64,000 nt of DNA from a virus. The notes below the pieces were generated by a model, which saw only the letters and a program-made list of their open reading frames with translations, had not been told where the DNA came from and made no database searches. Of this stretch, positions 27,179 through 35,541 are shown in pieces. Where the stretch lies: positions 1 to 64,000 of IMG/VR virus record IMGVR_UViG_3300032294_001228, one strand, 5' to 3'. Numbering within the stretch: position 1 is the stretch's first letter; each line of letters opens with the position of its first letter. A program made the position numbers and the translations under genes.

Positions 27179-27491
27179 AGTAACAGGTATTTCAACGTTA
27201 AATGGTCAGACTAAGGTTCGTTTCGCTAACGATTTAGTTAGCCGTGTTAAGATCTTAAACAAAGATGGTCATAAGGATATCAACTTAGTTGAACTTCCAA
27301 ATGCACTTTCAAAAGGTGATTGTGTTAAGCATCTTAAGTCATCTGAATTGTATGTGAAATTTGGTGCGGCTATCGATGCGGCAGATGCGAAATACAACTC
27401 ATTAGGTACTGTAAAAGTTACTAAGCCAAGCCTAGAAGCTATCAAGGCACGTGCTGGTATTGAAACAGAAGTAGCTGTAAACGCTTCTTAA
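27171..27491 (+). CDS. Hypothetical protein with tmRNA-tag-like C-terminal tail
   Basis: AAGGAG RBS; followed by terminator; contains DAKYNSLGTVKV...TEVAVNAS. Confidence 0.8.
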   Translation: MFKVTGISTLNGQTKVRFANDLVSRVKILNKDGHKDINLVELPNALSKGDCVKHLKSSELYVKFGAAIDAADAKYNSLGTVKVTKPSLEAIKARAGIETEVAVNAS

Positions 27492-27507
27492 TTCTAAAGA
27501 GTGTATT

Positions 27508-27536
27508 GAAAAGGTCCTTGGGGGCCTTTTCTCTTT
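27508..27536 (+). terminator. Rho-independent terminator
   Basis: gaaaaggtcc-ttgg-gggccttttctcttt. Confidence 0.75.
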
Positions 27537-27548
27537 ATAAATATCTGT

Positions 27549-27728
27549 ATGAACAAAAATTATTATTACACAGAACAAGAGTGGGCAAAAATAGTTGGTT
27601 ATGGCGCATTACCTGCTGACAGACAAAAGCCTATTATAGACGAACAACACTGGAATGGTGAACAGCGACTAAACAAGACAACAGGTGAAGTTGAGGTTTG
27701 GTATAACGGTGATTGGTGTGCTCGTTGA
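27549..27728 (+). CDS. 59-aa hypothetical protein
   Basis: TATAAATA 5 nt upstream; manual translation MNKNYYYTEQEWAK...WYNGDWCAR*. Confidence 0.6.
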   Translation: MNKNYYYTEQEWAKIVGYGALPADRQKPIIDEQHWNGEQRLNKTTGEVEVWYNGDWCAR

Positions 27729-28020
27729 ATAAATGCCCAATTCCAGGCGGTGCAAAAACCCGCTGGGTAATATTTGGCACATTTATGTTCTTCCTTGCCA
27801 AGGGATTAGTTTGGTTATTGTTGGGATTGATAGCATGGGCGAAATATTTCTAGTAGGTGTTGTGATATTATTATTGATAGTGATGGCCGAGGAATTTTTC
27901 GAAGCCTATGATGAATGGAACAACAGTGACGAGGATGACGTTTAATGTTACGTTGGATTAAGAATTTATTTTTACCCAAGGTAGTAGGATATCGCCCTTG
28001 TTGGTTAAAAGAGCAACTAA

Positions 28021-28194
28021 ATGAATCACAAAAGAAAAAGACCAAAAAATAGACGTGCAGGATGTCTAATGTGCAAGCCAAACAAAATGAATGGCTCAAA
28101 CAAAGATCAACTTGGACACACAGGATTTGGTAAGTTAAAGAAAACTATATTGTCAAAGTTGGATCTAAGGCAGTATATAAAAGAATTGTTGTAA
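28021..28194 (+). CDS. 57-aa very basic CxxC peptide overlapping the tmRNA promoter
   Basis: Manual translation MNHKRKRPKNRRAGCLMCKPNKMNG...QYIKELL*. Confidence 0.6.
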   Translation: MNHKRKRPKNRRAGCLMCKPNKMNGSNKDQLGHTGFGKLKKTILSKLDLRQYIKELL

Positions 28195-28493
28195 TCCCTT
28201 CGATGTGAAGGCATGTTGGACGGCGGTTCGATTCCGCCCATCTCCACCAAAGTATTTTAGCGATAGAGTTTTTTATTGGGGATGACCAGGTTTCGACAGC
28301 GTGAGCTAGCAAAGACGGCAACACGAGAGTTGACTGACGTAATCAGCAAAAATCTCTAGATGCAAAAACATCTAAACTTGGTACTGTTAAAGTAGCAATG
28401 GGCAAAAACTTCCGTTTTGGCTCACGCACTGAGGCAGTAGCGGCCTAAGAAACCGCAACCACGGGGTAGCTATACCTTGTCACCCAAAATAGT
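28185..28493 (+). ncRNA. ssrA: Circularly permuted (two-piece) tmRNA
   Basis: Acceptor piece first (...ggacggcggTTCGAttccgcccatctccACCA ending 28249), 28-nt spacer, then coding piece from GGGGATG at 28278; acceptor stem with G3:U70; tag ORF 28362-28448 AKTSKLGTVKVAMGKNFRFGSRTEAVAA*. Outer ends approximate. Confidence 0.9.
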
Positions 28494-28494
28494 A

Positions 28495-28521
28495 GAAAGC
28501 CCTTGATTGGGCTTTCTTTTT
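28495..28521 (+). terminator. Rho-independent terminator after tmRNA
   Basis: agaaagccc-ttgatt-gggctttcttttt. Confidence 0.85.
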
Positions 28522-28534
28522 GACAAAAAGTCGA

Positions 28535-28563
28535 TTGACTTTTGGTTAAAATCATGCTATAAT
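28535..28563 (+). promoter_or_regulatory. sigma70-type promoter
   Basis: TTGACT-N17-TATAAT with TTTGGTT in the spacer. Confidence 0.85.
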
Positions 28564-28595
28564 ACTAGTATGAACAATAAAGAAAGTGGACAATA

Positions 28596-29159
28596 ATGAG
28601 TAAAATCATTGAGCAGTTTAAAGAAAAAATCAAGTTTACTGACCATGTTTACATCACTGAAAGCCGTAAAGGTGGCAAGTCGACCATCCGTACTAATAAT
28701 GATACTAAAATGCCCAAGGGTATCTACACGCTTTGGTTAGAAGGCACAGAATCTACAGCAGGCTTTGGTATGTTATACCTAGGTATTTCGGGTGCTGATA
28801 AACAAACAGCTCGTGAAGGTATCAAACAACGTTGGTTAAGCCACGCATTTAAACTAACAGGTATCAGCATGCCTGATCGAGTCAGTGGCAATCCCTCTAA
28901 AGGTGGCCGTGTGGCAGATACCAAAGAATTTGCCTCAATACGTAAAGACCTACATGACCTAGGCTATAATCTAGACACTATATTAGATAAATTGTATATC
29001 CGTTTTATCAACTTAGAAGGTGTAGGCAAAACTAAAATCGAAGCAATGGAAACACGTATCTTAGAAACTCGTATTGCCAAAGGACAATGTCGCCTCAACG
29101 GTGCTAAACGTCGTCCAGCACTGTCGATCGAAGAACTTAATTATTTTGATAGTCTGTAA
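28596..29159 (+). CDS. GIY-YIG-like nuclease
   Basis: GIYTLW...LYLGIS...KQRW..H...E.ME....N pattern. Confidence 0.6.
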   Translation: MSKIIEQFKEKIKFTDHVYITESRKGGKSTIRTNNDTKMPKGIYTLWLEGTESTAGFGMLYLGISGADKQTAREGIKQRWLSHAFKLTGISMPDRVSGNPSKGGRVADTKEFASIRKDLHDLGYNLDTILDKLYIRFINLEGVGKTKIEAMETRILETRIAKGQCRLNGAKRRPALSIEELNYFDSL

Positions 29160-29231
29160 CACGAATCATAAATATTATTACCTTGTCCCATGCATTGGGA
29201 ACATTGTGTAAAAGACACCAAGGAGAAAACT

Positions 29232-30182
29232 ATGTCTAATGCTATACCGCAGTATGCGGAATCACTTGTCACTAACAGTCACGGTCGCCAATATTGGATC
29301 TATACCGATGACGTATTTTATCAACAACGTATTGCCAACGCAGGTCCTTATCAAAAGAAGAACTTAATTCGTTTGCGTAACTTAAAGCCAAACGCTAGAA
29401 CTATCATTGATGTAGGTGCTAACATTGGCATGAACACCATTGAGTATGCTACCTGGGCTCAAGAAGTACACAGTTTTGAACCCACAGCACAGACTTATAG
29501 TATGCTTACTCGTACTATTGCTCTAGCACAAGCGCAAGGCAATCAAGCCAAAGGTTGGTACCCGGACGCCAACGGTAGAGATGGATTAGCTGATACTACT
29601 GTTCGAGGTAAGATTACTACTTACGATTGCGCATTAAGTTCACAACCGGGTACTAGTCAAATCATCATCAAGAAAGATAATGCAGGGCACAATTACCTAG
29701 ATAACTTGCATTTACCAACACGTACAGGTAAGGTACGTACACGCCCAACTGAGCCACCTACCCAAACAGTGGTATTGAAGACACTAGATAGTTATGGATT
29801 CACTGACGTGGACGTCATCAAAGTGGACGTCGAAGGTCACGAGTTTGATGTCGTACAAGGTGCAGAGCAAACTATTCTCAAGTATCAACCCGTGGTACAG
29901 TTAGAAATGGTTGAGCATCAGCCCATACGTTTCAATTGGAACTGTCAGATGATTTATGATTGGTTTTATGATCGTGACTATGTTCCAACACTCAGTGATG
30001 GTACTTTAGCAGGCCGTAAGTGGCACAAGTATCCACGTGAAATGGAACGTTTCTTTGTACATAAAAGCCAGCTTAATCTTAATCCAGCTGACTATCTGTT
30101 TGAAGTTGAAGAAACAACGGAGAAGGAAGATCGTCCATATTGGAACTATGTACCACCTGCAAGAGAAGTTAAACAAGACTAA
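29232..30182 (+). CDS. FkbM-family methyltransferase
   Basis: IDVGANIG, SFEP, TLDS, IKVDVEG.E..V..GA; AAGGAG RBS before ATG 29232. Confidence 0.88.
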   Translation: MSNAIPQYAESLVTNSHGRQYWIYTDDVFYQQRIANAGPYQKKNLIRLRNLKPNARTIIDVGANIGMNTIEYATWAQEVHSFEPTAQTYSMLTRTIALAQAQGNQAKGWYPDANGRDGLADTTVRGKITTYDCALSSQPGTSQIIIKKDNAGHNYLDNLHLPTRTGKVRTRPTEPPTQTVVLKTLDSYGFTDVDVIKVDVEGHEFDVVQGAEQTILKYQPVVQLEMVEHQPIRFNWNCQMIYDWFYDRDYVPTLSDGTLAGRKWHKYPREMERFFVHKSQLNLNPADYLFEVEETTEKEDRPYWNYVPPAREVKQD

Positions 30183-30183
30183 T

Positions 30184-30208
30184 AAAGGCCCGCAAGGGCT
30201 TTTATTTT
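30184..30208 (+). terminator. Rho-independent terminator
   Basis: aaaggccc-gcaa-gggcttttatttt. Confidence 0.85.
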
Positions 30209-30210
30209 GA

Positions 30211-30239
30211 TTGACTTTTATCAAATTTGATAGTATAAT
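30211..30239 (+). promoter_or_regulatory. sigma70-type promoter
   Basis: TTGACT-N17-TATAAT. Confidence 0.85.
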
Positions 30240-30271
30240 TTTATTAAAATAACAACTTAGAAAGTATAGCT

Positions 30272-31411
30272 ATGACTAAACTACAGATACAAGAACGTGC
30301 ATTTTATGCAGACACAGTGAACGGCCAATTCCATAAAAGCCAATCACACTATGTTAATCTTGCCCAGCGTCTCCGTGAGAGTATCAATGGAGAATCTTGG
30401 AAAGAGATGACATTAGCTAATTCAATTGAATTATTTAAAAAGAATAATCCCAATAAAAAGAAATGGGAAGATTTTACCTTTTGTAAGAGCGTTACAACTA
30501 CACTAGATAAAATCGATATTGACATTACGTTGCAAAGATTACTAGACCTAATCCATGGTTGCAATATCATAGATCATTTTGCACAAGTACAGGTCATGCC
30601 AATCTGCGTTTACGAAGATGCTAATCGTCCCGGAAGATATGTCTGTTGGGATGGACAGCATACTGCCATAGTGCTGTACATTATCGCCACTAAGGTGTTA
30701 GGACTAGACTATAGTAAATGCCAAGTACCTATCGTTATCTATGCCAGCCATCAGAAAAGCGAAATGCGTGAATGTTTTATTAACCTTAATGGTGAATGGA
30801 AAAAACCATTGGACAATATCGACAAAGTACATCAAAAGATATTTGGTGTGCGTACCGATGGCAGTAAGAATCCAGAGTGGTTATTGATTAATGATAAACA
30901 AACTGCACTAGAAGGTTCTAAAATATTCCTAACACATCCTAAGTTTGGTGATAGCGATCAACCAGGAGCATATACTCGTTTAGATGAATTCTTAGACCCG
31001 CAGTATGATCTCAGTATCACACAGTATTTTGCCAAATATTTCTTTAGCGTTTGTCAAAGCAATCGTCCGATTCAACCTAAGGAAAGTTGGATGTTGTATG
31101 ATTATTTTAGGTATTGTAAGATAGCTAAAATCGAAGTGTCTGATCTATACATAGCAGGAGTGGCTAGAAGTCTACGCAAAGCATTCGATGATGACTTTGA
31201 TGCAACTGAGTTATATGATCGTGCAAAATGGTCTTATGCAGAATGGTTTAGAGACAATAAACCTAATCCAGACGGTACGCTTTGGGGCATTTCCTATCCA
31301 GAACAAAAGATTGGTTTAACTTTCTTAGTTAAACAGATAGCTAAAAACTTCGATGGTGCTATTCCTAAGATCAATCCTCTTTGGCCAGTTCCAAACGAAC
31401 ATTTATTCTAA
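30272..31411 (+). CDS. ParB/Srx-superfamily protein with DGQH motif
   Basis: IDITLQR...PICVY...YVCWDGQHT...F..LN pattern of DGQ(H/Q) ParB-like NTPase domains. Confidence 0.65.
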   Translation: MTKLQIQERAFYADTVNGQFHKSQSHYVNLAQRLRESINGESWKEMTLANSIELFKKNNPNKKKWEDFTFCKSVTTTLDKIDIDITLQRLLDLIHGCNIIDHFAQVQVMPICVYEDANRPGRYVCWDGQHTAIVLYIIATKVLGLDYSKCQVPIVIYASHQKSEMRECFINLNGEWKKPLDNIDKVHQKIFGVRTDGSKNPEWLLINDKQTALEGSKIFLTHPKFGDSDQPGAYTRLDEFLDPQYDLSITQYFAKYFFSVCQSNRPIQPKESWMLYDYFRYCKIAKIEVSDLYIAGVARSLRKAFDDDFDATELYDRAKWSYAEWFRDNKPNPDGTLWGISYPEQKIGLTFLVKQIAKNFDGAIPKINPLWPVPNEHLF

Positions 31412-31412
31412 C

Positions 31413-31910
31413 ATGACTGTTACCTTCCGTTTACCATCTCAAGATGTGCGTAAATCTGCTACTATACTTAAAAAGCAGATTGAGAACGATCTTAGATGTA
31501 AGTTAGAGGATTGTGATAATCCTCTGACCATGTTCACAGGTCCGGGTGCTAATCATCTGTGTAGAGATCATCAACTACAGCAGAGGGAATATGGCGGCAT
31601 GGGTCGGCATGATCGCCCTTGGACTTTCGCTCGAGAATGGTGCTGTGATTGGTGTGGGTATAGTCCAAAAGACGATCCGTGGTTTGAAAATCCCCCTATT
31701 CCATTTGATGATGAATTACACAAAGCCCGGGCAATGCGTAATACCCTGATCGCAGATCATATTGAACGTAAAGCAGATGGTGGCGGACATGGTAAAGACA
31801 ATATACAGACTCTTTGCCAAAACTGTAACGCTAAGAAAACTGCCCTACACAAAGATTATCAAAGATCAAAATACAACGATTTTATAGAACCACCAAAAGA
31901 CTTGACATAA
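31413..31910 (+). CDS. HNH endonuclease (Zn-binding)
   Basis: CDWC...DHI...GG...NIQTLCQNCN.KK; starts 1 nt after the upstream stop. Confidence 0.85.
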   Translation: MTVTFRLPSQDVRKSATILKKQIENDLRCKLEDCDNPLTMFTGPGANHLCRDHQLQQREYGGMGRHDRPWTFAREWCCDWCGYSPKDDPWFENPPIPFDDELHKARAMRNTLIADHIERKADGGGHGKDNIQTLCQNCNAKKTALHKDYQRSKYNDFIEPPKDLT

Positions 31911-31996
31911 ATAATTCTGCTAGTGTATACTAGTTGTTTCGTGCCTATAATAGGGCGGAACGAAAATTTTATTTGCTTAATTAGGAGAAATAAACA

Positions 31997-33924
<1,928 letters not shown>

Positions 33925-33947
33925 TTAACTACCCAGTTAATTCTACT

Positions 33948-33977
33948 AAAATAGGGCCTACCTGGCCCTATTATTTT
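33948..33977 (+). terminator. Rho-independent terminator
   Basis: aatagggcc-tacct-ggccctattatttt. Confidence 0.8.
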
Positions 33978-34030
33978 GACTATGGTTGTATAAATACTAT
34001 ATCAATGCTATTATAGGGGAATATGGAACC

Positions 34031-35464
34031 ATGGCAAACACAAATTTCGTAGTACATAACGGTCTAACGGTTGGACCTCTAACAATCGACGCAACAACCG
34101 GAAACATAGTCACAACCGGTAGTATTTCTGGTGCTTTTATCGGAATATCATCTGATCAAATTAGTAATGGTGGGAGTAATGTAAGAGTCACAGCTGATTG
34201 GGTTAATGTAAGTGTCAAAGGGTCAAATGTATTATCAGTAGGTAGTTTGTTTACATCACTGAATGCAGGTTACTTAAACATAGGCGGTAACGTATTAGCT
34301 ACTACAGGTAGCTTTGGTGCAGTTAATTCAACTGGATTCATTAACACCACAGCCAATATTTCGGGTGCAGTAATTAATGCAGGAACATTAAATGCTACTG
34401 GAACTACAACTTTAGCTGCAGTTAATTCAACTGGATTTATCAATACCACAGCCAATATTTCGGGTGCAGTAATTAATGCAGGTAGTGTTCAGTCAGCTGG
34501 CATGCTAAGAGCAAATAGTACAGCGGCTGCTAGTTCAGCTACAACTGGTGCTATTGTCACTGCCGGCGGTATAGGAGTACTTAGGGACTCGGTATTTGGT
34601 GGTAACGTAACCATCGACGGTAATTTATTTGTTAATGGCAATACATCGGTGTTTAATACCAACAACGTAAACATTAACGATAGCATAATTTTCCTAGCAG
34701 ATAATAACACTGGTGATACTTTAGACATAGGTATCGTTAGCTCATTTACTAACCCAGGTTATCAACACACTGGGTTTGTACGCGATGCTACCGATGGTAT
34801 CTGGAAATTATTTGCTAACGTAGTGGCTGAACCAACTACCACAGTAGATTTCACTAATGCTACATATAGCCCGCTACGTATTGGCGCACTAACTTCTACT
34901 CAAGTTAACACTACAGGTAATGTGTTGGCCGCTGCAGGGGTGTTTAGTGGGCTAACAGTAAATGGTAACGTCACTGTTACCTCAGCTTACGTTATGCCTT
35001 CAGCTAATGCTGCATCAAGCATCGGAACTTCAGCATCGAGATGGAATTTCATTTTCGGGGTTAACGGTAACTTCTTAAGTGTTAATGCTAACTATGCTGA
35101 CTTGGCAGAAAAATATCTAGCTGATGCGGCGTACGAGCCAGGTACTGTATTGATGTTTGGTGGTGACCAAGAAGTAACAGAATGTACACATGACATGTGC
35201 CCACGTGTAGCTGGTGTTGTTTCTACTAATCCAGCTTACTTGATGAATCAAGGACTTGAAGGAGATCACACAGTAGAACTAGCACTTACAGGTCGAGTTC
35301 CAACTAAGGTCACAGGCACCGTACAGAAAGGTGATATGATGGTATCAGCAGGTAACGGTCGAGCACGTGCAGAAGCTAATCCACATGTTGGATCTGTAAT
35401 TGGTAAAGCCTTAGAAAATTCCGAAGGTGACGCAGTTATCGAAGTAGTCGTTGGTAAACATTAA
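34031..35464 (+). CDS. Virion fibre protein with C-terminal autocleaving chaperone-like domain
   Basis: Gly/Asn/Thr-rich beta repeats; C-terminal YADLAEKY...GTV..FGG..EVT...AGVVSTNPAYLMN...GKALE; TATAAATA upstream. Confidence 0.75.
   Translation: MANTNFVVHNGLTVGPLTIDATTGNIVTTGSISGAFIGISSDQISNGGSNVRVTADWVNVSVKGSNVLSVGSLFTSLNAGYLNIGGNVLATTGSFGAVNSTGFINTTANISGAVINAGTLNATGTTTLAAVNSTGFINTTANISGAVINAGSVQSAGMLRANSTAAASSATTGAIVTAGGIGVLRDSVFGGNVTIDGNLFVNGNTSVFNTNNVNINDSIIFLADNNTGDTLDIGIVSSFTNPGYQHTGFVRDATDGIWKLFANVVAEPTTTVDFTNATYSPLRIGALTSTQVNTTGNVLAAAGVFSGLTVNGNVTVTSAYVMPSANAASSIGTSASRWNFIFGVNGNFLSVNANYADLAEKYLADAAYEPGTVLMFGGDQEVTECTHDMCPRVAGVVSTNPAYLMNQGLEGDHTVELALTGRVPTKVTGTVQKGDMMVSAGNGRARAEANPHVGSVIGKALENSEGDAVIEVVVGKH
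34319..34482 (+). repeat. Intragenic direct repeat, two ~65-nt copies with 99-nt period
   Basis: AVNSTGFINTTANISGAVINAG encoded twice with near-identical DNA (34319-34383 and 34418-34482). Confidence 0.85.
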
Positions 35465-35482
35465 TTTTACTTAATAAAAACT

Positions 35483-35507
35483 TAGGACCTTCGGGTCCTA
35501 TTTTTTT
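35483..35507 (+). terminator. Rho-independent terminator
   Basis: taggacc-ttcg-ggtcctattttttt. Confidence 0.85.
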
Positions 35508-35541
35508 GATAAATACACTAAACCTTTATTAAGAGATATCA

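Noticed and set aside
27733-28099. ORFs 27733-27945(+) and 27815-28099(-)
   Set aside because: Weak support; only a short TM peptide from ~27835 is plausible, and the minus ORF is antisense to the 28021 peptide.
34319-34482. DGR template/variable repeat pair
   Set aside because: Both copies are in-frame within one gene, differences are synonymous C/T changes rather than adenine-specific, and there is no reverse transcriptase.
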